Below are positions 19,044-27,433 of a stretch of DNA of 64,000 bases, piece after piece. Positions within the stretch are counted from its first letter, which is position 1. Each line of letters opens with the position of its first letter. The notes beneath the pieces were generated by a model, which was not told the origin of the DNA, did not search any database, and saw only the letters and a list, made by a program, of their open reading frames with translations. The translations under genes and the position numbers were made by a program. The DNA comes from Candidatus Rokuibacteriota bacterium (GTDB lineage: Bacteria > Methylomirabilota > Methylomirabilia > Rokubacteriales > CSP1-6). Location: positions 93,637 through 157,636 of the forward strand of contig QHSX01000039.1 of NCBI GenBank assembly GCA_003221695.1, in the 5' to 3' direction.

Positions 19044-19313
19044 ATGTCTGAGTGCGGAGCGTCAGGACCCTCATCGATCGAGTGTCGGCAGATCGCCGAA
19101 CTCTTGGGCGAGTATCTCGAGGGAACTCTCCCCCAACAGACGCGCGAACTGCTGGAGTGGCACATCGAGGGCTGCGCCCCCTGCGTCGCCTTCGTCAACA
19201 CGTACCGCGGCACGATCACCGCCGCCCGCAAGCTCCGCGACGTCGACATCCCTCCCGAGCTGAAGAAACGGCTGCTGGCCGTTCTCCGCGCCCAGCGCGC
19301 CGCTAAGCCGTAA
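19044..19313 (+). CDS. Stand-alone zinc-finger anti-sigma (zf-HC2) protein
   Basis: CRQIAELLGEYLEG...HIEGCAPC (HxxxCxxC); TATAAT at 19023-19028. Confidence 0.85.
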   Translation: MSECGASGPSSIECRQIAELLGEYLEGTLPQQTRELLEWHIEGCAPCVAFVNTYRGTITAARKLRDVDIPPELKKRLLAVLRAQRAAKP

Positions 19314-20367
19314 CCCGGATCACCGGCTCCGAAACAACCTCACCGATCTCCCAGCACTGCTCCCCGCGGCGGCGGAAGGCGTCCATCACGCCCCGCGCGC
19401 GAGCAGGCGCGACCGAGAAGAGGAGGCCGCCCGACGTCTCCGATTCCGTGAGCAGCGAAACGAGCGGCGCCGGGATCGACGGATCGATGCGCAGGCCCTC
19501 GCCGAAGACGGTGTCGACGTGCCGGCGATTACGCTTCATTCCGCCGCTCCAGTGGCCGGCCTCGGCGAGCTCGCGCGTGCCGGGAAGCAGGGGCAAGCGG
19601 GAGGCGCTGATCGCGATGCCGACGGCCGACGCCCTCACCATCTCACCGGCGTGACCGAGAAGACCGAAGCCCGTGATGTCGGTCGCTCCGCGGGCGCCGG
19701 CCTCGCGCGCGACCTCCGCCGCCACACGATTCAGCCTGAGCATGCTCGCGACGGCGCCCTGGAGCACCGCCAGGCTCGCGGCATTGTCCTTCGCGGCGGT
19801 CGTGATCACGCCAGTCCCCAGCGGCTTCGACAGGAAGAGCCGGTCGCCCGACCGGAGGCCGCCCTTGATGAGGATGCGGTCGGGGTGGACGCGTCCGGTC
19901 ACGCAGAGACCGTACTTGGGCTCGGCGTCGACGACCGTGTGCCCCCCCGCGATCACGCCGCCCGCCTCCGCGACCTTGTCACTGCCTCCCCGGAACACCT
20001 CCGCGATGATCGCCTTTGACATGTCGCGCGGGAAGCCCGCGACCGCGAGGGCGAACAGCACCTCGCCGCCCATGGCGAAGACATCGGACATGGAGTTCGT
20101 GGCCGAGATCGCGCCCCAGGTCCACGGGTCGTCGACCACCGGCGGGAAGAAGTCCACCGTCGCGACGATCGCCACGTCGGCGGTGATGCGGTAGACCGCG
20201 GCGTCGTCGGCCGCCCCCAGACCGACGAGCAGGTCCGGCTGCGCGCGACCCAGGGGCTTGAGCGCCTCGAGCACCTCCTGGAGATCTCCAGGAGCCATCT
20301 TGGACGCTCAGCCGGCGCAGGTGGCGTACGAGGTGAGTCGGACCTCCGTATGGGTGTGACTGGTCAT
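19303..20367 (-). CDS. selD: Selenophosphate synthetase SelD, selenocysteine-containing (354 aa)
   Basis: RLTSYATCAG-U(TGA 20310-20308)-ASKMAPGDL; DDAAVY, TVDFFPPVVDDP, GGHT, TDITGFGLLGH, ETSGGLL. Confidence 0.95.
20275..20294 (-). promoter_or_regulatory. Putative SECIS (selD)
   Basis: CTCCTGGA-GATC-TCCAGGAG perfect hairpin 13 nt after the UGA. Confidence 0.7.
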
Positions 20368-20374
20368 CGCGGTC

Positions 20375-21280
20375 TTAAGACGGCTCCGCCGGGGACTCCG
20401 ATTCGACGAACTGGACGAAGGCCTGGGCGAGCGGTGAGCGGCTCCGGTCGCGGTGGGTGACGAGATAGAACGCGCGCCCGACGCGCAGGTCGTGCACCCG
20501 GAGACAGAAGAGGAGCCCCGCGCGGCACTCGTCCTCCACGGCCCGCTTCGAGACGAGCGCGATCCCGACGCCCGCGCGCACGCCCTGCTTGATCGCCTGG
20601 GTCGAGCCCATCTCACCGACGACACGGAACGCCGACAGATCGGTGTCCGCCTGGTCGAGCGCCCGCTCGAGCGCCTCGCGCGAGCCCGAGCCCTGCTCGC
20701 GCACGATGAGGGGCTCGCGCCGAACGTCGGCGAGCGTCACGGTCTTGCGGTTGGTCCACGCGTGCCCCGCCGGGACGACGAGGACGAGCTCGTCGGCCAT
20801 CAACTCGCGCGCCAGCAGGGTCTTCGGACCGGGCGGCGCGCCGACGACGCCCACCTCGGCGCGTCCCGCCTCCACCCACTCGGTGACTTGGCGGCTCGAG
20901 CCGATCAGGAGGCAGATCGAGATGTCCGGATACTTGCCCTTGAACCGTCCGATCAGCGCGGGCAGCACGTACTCGCCCGGGATCGTGGAGCCGCCGACGA
21001 TGAGCTCGCCCGACATGCGTCCCTGGAACTGGTCGAGCGCCTGCTGCGCCTCGCGCTGGAGCGCGAGCATGCGGCGCGCGTAACCGAGCAAGAGCCGGCC
21101 CGCGTGGGTCGGCGTGGCGCCGCGGCCGAGCCGGTCGAGGAGCGGGACGCCGAGCTCGTCCTCGAGGGCGCGGACGTGTTCGGAGACGGTCGGCTGCGTC
21201 AGCGAGAGGGCGTCGGCGGCGCGGGAGAAGCTCCCCAACTCGGCCACCTTCGCGAACACCTCGAGGCGGCGAAGATCCAT
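20375..21280 (-). CDS. LysR-family regulator (CysL-like, selenium-metabolism associated)
   Basis: GSFSRAADALSLTQPTVS HTH; GGSTIPGEYVLP, REQGSGSR; 7 nt upstream of selD. Confidence 0.9.
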   Translation of the reverse strand: MDLRRLEVFAKVAELGSFSRAADALSLTQPTVSEHVRALEDELGVPLLDRLGRGATPTHAGRLLLGYARRMLALQREAQQALDQFQGRMSGELIVGGSTIPGEYVLPALIGRFKGKYPDISICLLIGSSRQVTEWVEAGRAEVGVVGAPPGPKTLLARELMADELVLVVPAGHAWTNRKTVTLADVRREPLIVREQGSGSREALERALDQADTDLSAFRVVGEMGSTQAIKQGVRAGVGIALVSKRAVEDECRAGLLFCLRVHDLRVGRAFYLVTHRDRSRSPLAQAFVQFVESESPAEPS

Positions 21281-21308
21281 GGGGAGCCGGAAGGGGGGGA
21301 GGCTCGGG

Positions 21309-21521
21309 TCAGTGGCAGCCGCAGCCGCCGCCGCAGCAGCCGCCGGTCGACATGGTCGACGACGGCGTGAAGCTACCGGCGGCCCGGAGACCGAACACCG
21401 ACAGCTTGCGCGTCACATTCGGGCTCGCGCACGCCCGGCACGCGACGGCGGTCGCGTGCCCGGCGACGTACGTCTCGAACTCCTCTCGGCACTCGGTGCA
21501 GCGGTACTCGTAGATCGGCAT
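21309..21521 (-). CDS. FmdB-family zinc-ribbon protein
   Basis: MPIYEYRCTEC...CRAC; Cys-rich tail CCGGGCGCH. Confidence 0.9.
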   Translation of the reverse strand: MPIYEYRCTECREEFETYVAGHATAVACRACASPNVTRKLSVFGLRAAGSFTPSSTMSTGGCCGGGCGCH

Positions 21522-21524
21522 CTG

Positions 21525-21728
21525 CTACTCACCGCCGCGCTGGACGTAACTCTTGACGAACTCCTCGGCGTTCTCCTCGAGGATGTCGTCGATCTCGTCC
21601 AGGAGCTTGTCGATGTCTTCCTTGATCTTCTTGCCCTTCTTGGCGAGTTCCGGGCTGCCGGCAGCCCCGTCACCCCCCTCGGCGGGCTTGGTGGGCTTGG
21701 TCTCCTTCTTCTTCTGCTGCTCAGCCAT
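21525..21728 (-). CDS. pup: Prokaryotic ubiquitin-like protein Pup
   Basis: DKLLDEIDDILEENAEEFVKSYVQRGGE C-terminus; GGAGG RBS. Confidence 0.93.
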   Translation of the reverse strand: MAEQQKKKETKPTKPAEGGDGAAGSPELAKKGKKIKEDIDKLLDEIDDILEENAEEFVKSYVQRGGE

Positions 21729-21775
21729 CGCGCCCTCCCTTGAGGCATTCTACCATCGTTCCCGGGCTTTCCCCG

Positions 21776-22912
21776 TCAACGACGGAAGTGTTTGCTGAGC
21801 GTCAAGGTCTGGTGCTGGTAGGAGGAGCCGAGGCCGGCTCCGTAGACCCGCTCCGGGCGGGATCGGAGCCGCTCGAATCCCACCTTGAACGAGGTCTGGC
21901 CGTCGTAGATCAGGAACGGCACCTCCCGCGCCCTCACTTCCATCACCACCTTCGTGCCCAGCACGCTCCCGTCGCCGAAGCCGAAGCCAGGGTCGAAGAA
22001 GCCCGCGTAGTGGGTGCGGATCTCTCCCGCACCCGCGTCGTAAACGACCATCTCCGCCGCGAATTCCGGCGGCACACGGATGCGCTCCTTGGACACGAGG
22101 ATGTAAAAACGGTTGGCTTCCAGAATATACGCGTCGCGGGCGGCCCACTTGATCGGCTCCCAGAATTCGGCCGGGTCGTAGTGGGCGAGCCGACCGAGGT
22201 CCACCGCCGGTGGGTTCGGCTGGGCGCGGTAGCCGATGATTGAGCCCGTCAGCCGTCCGGAGAGGTCGACGCCCATACACAGGCCGTCGTTGAAGGCCGC
22301 GCGCTCGACGGGGATCGGACGCCCGTCGTCGTCGTAGAGCAGCGGCGTCTCGCGGTACATCCGTGCCAGTTCGGCGTCGGTCACCGCGGTTTGCCCGGAG
22401 AGGAGACGGAGCTGATTGAGCGAGGCGCCCGCGTGCACACGGATCGGGAAGGACTGCGGCGAGACCTCGAGATAGAGCGGCCCTTGATACCCCGGGCGAA
22501 TCTCGTCGAAGCGCGGCGTCGCGTCGGTGATGACCCGTGTGAAGATGTCGAGGCGGCCCGTCGTGCTCTTGGGATTCGAGCGGCCCCTCACCCCTTCCGG
22601 GAGCGCCAGCGACTCGAGGAGTGGCACGAGGTAGACCGAGCCGCGCTGCAGCGTCGCGCCAGACTCGAGCGGCAACCGCTCGATGACCAGGTCGCTGTCG
22701 GTCGGGTCGTGCGTCTCGAGCCGGCTCTGGACCGTCTGCCGGAACGGCAGGAAGCTCGCGCGGAGCTGATACGCGCTCGGGCCGAGCCGGAGGTCGAGGC
22801 TCGCGGGCTGGTACTGGTCGTCGCCGATCGGCTGCTCCGCCTGGACCCACCCGTCGCGGACGGCGGCCCGAAGCTCGTGGTCGGGCAGGACGCCGCCGGG
22901 CACGTCGCTCAC
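21776..22912 (-). CDS. dcd: 2'-deoxycytidine 5'-triphosphate deaminase (long type)
   Basis: QPASLDLRLG, NPKSTTGRLDIFTR, HYAGFFDPGFG, SSYQHQTLTLSKHF; GTG start overlaps the thrB stop. Confidence 0.88.
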   Translation of the reverse strand: MSDVPGGVLPDHELRAAVRDGWVQAEQPIGDDQYQPASLDLRLGPSAYQLRASFLPFRQTVQSRLETHDPTDSDLVIERLPLESGATLQRGSVYLVPLLESLALPEGVRGRSNPKSTTGRLDIFTRVITDATPRFDEIRPGYQGPLYLEVSPQSFPIRVHAGASLNQLRLLSGQTAVTDAELARMYRETPLLYDDDGRPIPVERAAFNDGLCMGVDLSGRLTGSIIGYRAQPNPPAVDLGRLAHYDPAEFWEPIKWAARDAYILEANRFYILVSKERIRVPPEFAAEMVVYDAGAGEIRTHYAGFFDPGFGFGDGSVLGTKVVMEVRAREVPFLIYDGQTSFKVGFERLRSRPERVYGAGLGSSYQHQTLTLSKHFRR

Positions 22913-23811
22913 CCTGTCACGCGGCTGAGGGCGCCCGACGTGTCCACGTCGAACGCGCGCGCGGCGCCGGGGATTCCCGCGCGGCGCAGCGCCGCCTCCA
23001 TCGCGGCCGCGACCGGCGCACCGTCGCCCGCGACCACGGCGAGAAGCGACGGTCCGGCGCCACTCAGGACGCAGCCGAGGGCCCCCGCGACGCGCGCCGC
23101 TTTGACGACGTCGGGCATCCACGGGAACAGCCGGAGCCGGTAGGGCTCGTGCAGCCGATCCTCGAGGGCCACGCCGAGCGCCTGTGGCGGCCCCACCCAC
23201 AGGCTCGCGAGGAGCAGGGCCACGCGCTGGAGGTTGAAGACCGCGTCCCCGTGGAGCACCGACGCCGGGAGGACGGCCCGTGCGTCGGCGGTGGCGTTGG
23301 TGACGTCCGGGATGAGGACGATCCAGCGCAGACCCGCGGGCACCGGGAGCGCAACCGCCGTCACCGTCGAGCCGCTCGCGCAGGCGACGGTGAGCCCGCC
23401 GAAGATCGCCGCGGCGACGTTGTCGGGATGCCCTTCGGCGCGCGCGGCGAGCGCGAGGAGGGCGTCTTTCGTGAAGGGCGCGCCGAGCAGGGCGTTGCCC
23501 GCCATGAGGCCGCTCACCCACGCCGCGGCGCTCGAGCCGAGCCCGCGCGCCGAGGGCACGCGGTTCGTACACGCGAGCGCGCACCCCCCGAACGGTCGCC
23601 CCGCTGCGTCGTAAGCGAGCTTCACGCCGCGCGCGACGAGGTTGTCGGCGCTCCGCGGCAGTCGTGCGGCGCCCTCGCCCTCGATCTCGACGCTCACCCC
23701 CTCGGCTTCGGCGGCGACGACCTCGTTGCGGAGTGTCCACGCCAGGCCGAGGGCGTCGAAGCCGGGGCCGAGGTTGGCGGACGTCGCGGGAACGCTGACG
23801 TGGACGCGCAC
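22909..23811 (-). CDS. thrB: Homoserine kinase
   Basis: VPATSANLGPGFDALG, PSARGLGSSAA, EGHPDN, SGAGPS. Confidence 0.95.
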   Translation of the reverse strand: MRVHVSVPATSANLGPGFDALGLAWTLRNEVVAAEAEGVSVEIEGEGAARLPRSADNLVARGVKLAYDAAGRPFGGCALACTNRVPSARGLGSSAAAWVSGLMAGNALLGAPFTKDALLALAARAEGHPDNVAAAIFGGLTVACASGSTVTAVALPVPAGLRWIVLIPDVTNATADARAVLPASVLHGDAVFNLQRVALLLASLWVGPPQALGVALEDRLHEPYRLRLFPWMPDVVKAARVAGALGCVLSGAGPSLLAVVAGDGAPVAAAMEAALRRAGIPGAARAFDVDTSGALSRVTG

Positions 23812-23815
23812 GCGG

Positions 23816-24553
23816 CTAGAGCCGCTTCAGGAGCCAGTCGGGCGTGAGCGAGATGGTCCAGCTGTTGAGAACGACGTAGTAGTTGGTGACGACGAGCACG
23901 CCCACCACGACCAGGATCACACCCGCCACCCGCTCCACGACCGGGATGAACGCACGGTAGCGCTTGAAGAACTTCAAGAACGGGCCGAGCGCCGCGGCCG
24001 CGAGGAGGAACGGAACGCCGAGCCCCGCCGAGTATGCGGTCAGTAGACCGACGCCCCGTCCGACGTCGTTGGCCGTCGACGCGAGGGAGAGAATCGCGCC
24101 GAGGATGGGCCCGACACACGGCGTCCAACCAATCGCGAACGTGACACCGACCGCGAGGGAGCCGAGGTAACCGGCCGGCTTCTCCCGGAGCTGCCACTGC
24201 TGCGTGCGCCCGAGGATCCCGACTCGAAGCACGCCGACGATGTAGAGGCCGAAGACGACGATGAGGATCCCGCCGATCCGACGGATCCAGTCGCGATAGT
24301 CGAGCAGGACCTGGCCGATCGCGCTGAACGAGGCGCCCAGAGCGACGAAGACGACCGCGAACCCCACGACGAAGGCGAGCGCGTGACCGAGGATCCGCCA
24401 CCGCACCCGCCCCGAGACCTCTCCGGTGAGGTCGGCGACGGACATGCCCGTGATGAACGACAGGTACGACGGAAAAAGCGGCAGCACGCACGGCGACAGG
24501 AACGAGAAGAGCCCTGCGCTGAACGAGACGGCAACCCCGAGCGACTCGCCCAT
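23816..24553 (-). CDS. ccdA: Cytochrome c biogenesis protein CcdA
   Basis: SFLSPCVLP and GWTPCVGPILG; multiple TM segments. Confidence 0.93.
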   Translation of the reverse strand: MGESLGVAVSFSAGLFSFLSPCVLPLFPSYLSFITGMSVADLTGEVSGRVRWRILGHALAFVVGFAVVFVALGASFSAIGQVLLDYRDWIRRIGGILIVVFGLYIVGVLRVGILGRTQQWQLREKPAGYLGSLAVGVTFAIGWTPCVGPILGAILSLASTANDVGRGVGLLTAYSAGLGVPFLLAAAALGPFLKFFKRYRAFIPVVERVAGVILVVVGVLVVTNYYVVLNSWTISLTPDWLLKRL

Positions 24554-24555
24554 CG

Positions 24556-25218
24556 CTACCGCAACAGCCCTTCGATCAGCGAGTGGGACGCGTCGCTGTC
24601 CCACTCGCGCGGCCCGAGTGCGATCGCGGTGAGGTAGCCCTGCCGGTTCACGATGAAGCTCGACGGCACCGCACGCACGCCGTAGGCGTTCGCGAGATCC
24701 ATCCGCGGGTCGAGCCCCACCGGGAACGTGAGCTTGTGCTCCTCGAGGTAGGGCCTGACGTTCTTCGTGTCCACGTCGACCGACACGGCCACGAGCACGA
24801 AGCGCTGGCCTTTCTGCGCTTGCCAGAGGCGCTCCATCGCCGGCATCTCCTCGCGGCAGGGCGGGCACCAGGTCGCCCAGAAGTTGATGAACACGACCTT
24901 TCCGCGCTCCGCGGCGAGCCGGAGCTTGGCGCCCCCCACGAGCGGCAGCGTGAAGTCCTCGGCGAGCTTCGCGCGCGACGGCGCGATGAGGTCGAGCTCC
25001 TTCATCGCGTGGGCGACGCTGAGGACGCGCCCCTTGCGGGGCTTGAGCGCCACTGGCGCGGAGGCCGGGGCGTCCGCCGGCGCGTCCTCGGCGCGGCGCG
25101 CGACGACCGGACCCGACGTCACGACCTCCGGCGCCGGCCGCACCGCGACCGCGAGCATCGCACCGGCGACCGCCGCGGCGACGGCGATGACGACCGTCAG
25201 CGCCAGCTTCTGCGACAT
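24556..25218 (-). CDS. TlpA/ResA-family thiol:disulfide oxidoreductase
   Basis: N-terminal anchor; INFWATWCPPCREEMP. Confidence 0.92.
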   Translation of the reverse strand: MSQKLALTVVIAVAAAVAGAMLAVAVRPAPEVVTSGPVVARRAEDAPADAPASAPVALKPRKGRVLSVAHAMKELDLIAPSRAKLAEDFTLPLVGGAKLRLAAERGKVVFINFWATWCPPCREEMPAMERLWQAQKGQRFVLVAVSVDVDTKNVRPYLEEHKLTFPVGLDPRMDLANAYGVRAVPSSFIVNRQGYLTAIALGPREWDSDASHSLIEGLLR

Positions 25219-25320
25219 CCCCGCCCCGCAATGATGAGCATCGTCACGGTCCAGAACACCGAGAGTATACCCCCACATTCCGTGAACCTTCCGTCAACCC
25301 TTGCTATAGTAAGCGGCCCC

Positions 25321-26361
25321 ATGGCCCTCACGATCGTGGCCGACGATCTCACCGCCGCCTGCGACACGGGGACGCTGTTCGCGGGCCAGGCTCCCGTCCC
25401 CGTCACGGTCTGGCCCGCCGCGCCTGTCGCCGCGAAGGTCACCGTCGTGGACACGGAGTCGCGCCACATCGATCGCGCCGCCGCGGCCGCGCGCGTGAGG
25501 AGCGCCGCCGAGCGGCGGCCGGCGGCGACGTCGTGGTTCAAGAAGATCGACTCGACGCTCCGCGGCCACGTGGGCGCCGAGATCGCGGCTCTCCTCGACG
25601 CGACCGGCGCCCCGAGCGCCGTCGCCTGCCCCGCGTTCCCGTCCGAGGGCCGCGTCGTGCTCGATCGGTTGCTGCGGGTCGACGGGGCTGTGTCCGCGCA
25701 GGTCGTGGACGTGATCGGCGCCGGGAGCGACCGGCCGCTCGCGTGGGTCCCGCTCGCCGAGGTGCGCGCGGGCGCCGCGACCCTCGCCGCGCGTCTGGCG
25801 CGGCTGGCGGGAATGATCGCGGTGGTGGACGCCGAGACGGACGACGATCTCGACACGATCGTCGGCGCCGCGCTCACGCTCGAGCAGGTACCGCTCCTCG
25901 CCGGCGCCGCCGGCCTGGCACAGCCCCTCGCCGCGCGCCTCGGCCTCCGTGCCGGGCTCACGCCGCTGCCCGGCGGGCGGTGGTTGATCGTCGCGGGGAG
26001 CCTGCATCCCGCGACGCGGCGCCAGCTCGTCGAAGCGCGGCGCGCCGGCCTCCGCGTGCTCGCGACCACCGATGCGGCGGACTCCGACACGGGTGAGGCC
26101 GCTCGGACGCTCGCCCGGGAGGCCGCCTCTCTGCTGGCGAGCGAATCCTTCGATCTCATCGCCCTCATCGGGGGCGACACCGCCGTCGCATTCTATCGGA
26201 CGCTCGGCGCCACGCGCATCGACCTCGTCGGCGCCCCGCGCCCTGGACTGGCGTTCGGCTACATCCGAGCGCCCGGCCATCCCGTGCTGCCGGTGCTGAC
26301 CAAGGCCGGCGGCTTCGGCCCGCCCGCCCTGTTCGTCTCGCTCCAGAAGGAGGCGGCGTGA
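25321..26361 (+). CDS. Four-carbon acid sugar kinase family (DUF1537)
   Basis: IVADDLTAACD, KKIDSTLRG, GGDTA, TKAGGFG. Confidence 0.9.
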   Translation: MALTIVADDLTAACDTGTLFAGQAPVPVTVWPAAPVAAKVTVVDTESRHIDRAAAAARVRSAAERRPAATSWFKKIDSTLRGHVGAEIAALLDATGAPSAVACPAFPSEGRVVLDRLLRVDGAVSAQVVDVIGAGSDRPLAWVPLAEVRAGAATLAARLARLAGMIAVVDAETDDDLDTIVGAALTLEQVPLLAGAAGLAQPLAARLGLRAGLTPLPGGRWLIVAGSLHPATRRQLVEARRAGLRVLATTDAADSDTGEAARTLAREAASLLASESFDLIALIGGDTAVAFYRTLGATRIDLVGAPRPGLAFGYIRAPGHPVLPVLTKAGGFGPPALFVSLQKEAA

Positions 26362-27383
26362 AGAACCCGATCCTCGGCGTGACGATGGGCGACCCCGCGG
26401 GCGTGGGGCCGGAGATCATCGTGCGCGCGGCTGCCGAGCCCGAGGTTCAGCGCGCGAGCCGGCCCGTCGTCATCGGTGCTGCGTCGACGCTGACGGAGGC
26501 GGCCGCGCTCGTCGGTTCGCCGCTCCGCCTGCACGGCGTCACACGCGTCGCGGACTGCCGCTGGCAGCCCGGGACCCTCGAGGTCCTCGACCTCGCCAAC
26601 GTGGACATGGCGACCGTGCCCCGCGGGCGGGTGAGCGCCGCCGCCGGACGCGCGGCGTACGCGTACATCGAGACGGCTGTGGACCTCGCGAAGGCCGGCG
26701 CGATCCACGGAATCGTCACCGCGCCGATCAACAAGGAAGCGCTCGCGGCGGCCGGCCTGACCCACTCGGGCCACACCGAGATCCTCGCGAGCCTGTCCGG
26801 CACGCGCGACTTCGCGATGCTCTTGATGGGCGACGAGCTCCGCGTGATCCACGTGACGACCCACGTCGCGCTCCGGCGCGTGCCGGAGCTGGTGACGCGC
26901 GATCGGGTCCTCCGGACCATCGAGCTCGCCCAGCGTACGCTCGAGGACCTCGGGATCCCGCGAGGCCGCATCGCCGTCGCCGGGCTCAACCCCCACGCGG
27001 GCGAAGACGGGCTGTTCGGCGACGAGGAGAAGACCGCGATCGAGCCGGCGATCGAGGCGGCGCGCGGGGCGGGCCTGAACGTCACGGGGCCCCTGCCCGC
27101 CGACACGCTCTTCTCCCGCGCCCGCGGCGGCGAATTCGAGATCGTCGTGGCCATGTATCACGACCAGGGGCACATCCCCGTGAAGACCCTCGGCTTCAAC
27201 TACGACGAGGCGACCAAGCGGTGGGTCGGGCTCTCCGGCGTCAACGTCACCGTGGGGCTACCATTCCTCCGCGTCTCCGTGGACCACGGCACGGCGTTCG
27301 ACCGCGCGTGGAAGGGCATCGCGAACCACGAGAGCATGGTCGAAGCGCTCGAGGTCGCCGTCCGCATGCTGAGCGCGCGGTGA
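26358..27383 (+). CDS. pdxA: PdxA/PdxA2 family dehydrogenase
   Basis: TMGDPAGVGPE, TAPINKE, GHTE, GLNPHAGE, MYHDQGHIP, SVDHGTAFD; coupled to DUF1537. Confidence 0.93.
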   Translation: MKNPILGVTMGDPAGVGPEIIVRAAAEPEVQRASRPVVIGAASTLTEAAALVGSPLRLHGVTRVADCRWQPGTLEVLDLANVDMATVPRGRVSAAAGRAAYAYIETAVDLAKAGAIHGIVTAPINKEALAAAGLTHSGHTEILASLSGTRDFAMLLMGDELRVIHVTTHVALRRVPELVTRDRVLRTIELAQRTLEDLGIPRGRIAVAGLNPHAGEDGLFGDEEKTAIEPAIEAARGAGLNVTGPLPADTLFSRARGGEFEIVVAMYHDQGHIPVKTLGFNYDEATKRWVGLSGVNVTVGLPFLRVSVDHGTAFDRAWKGIANHESMVEALEVAVRMLSAR

Positions 27384-27433
27384 GGCGCCCGGGACCTCTG
27401 CCAGGGTAGGGCCGAACGAGGAGGCCTCTCTCC

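Noticed and set aside
21281..21311. TGA after the Cys-rich FmdB tail followed by a small hairpin, as a possible Sec codon
   Set aside because: The protein is complete at CGCH and LysR starts 28 nt later; the TGA is not followed by G and the hairpin does not match the other four.
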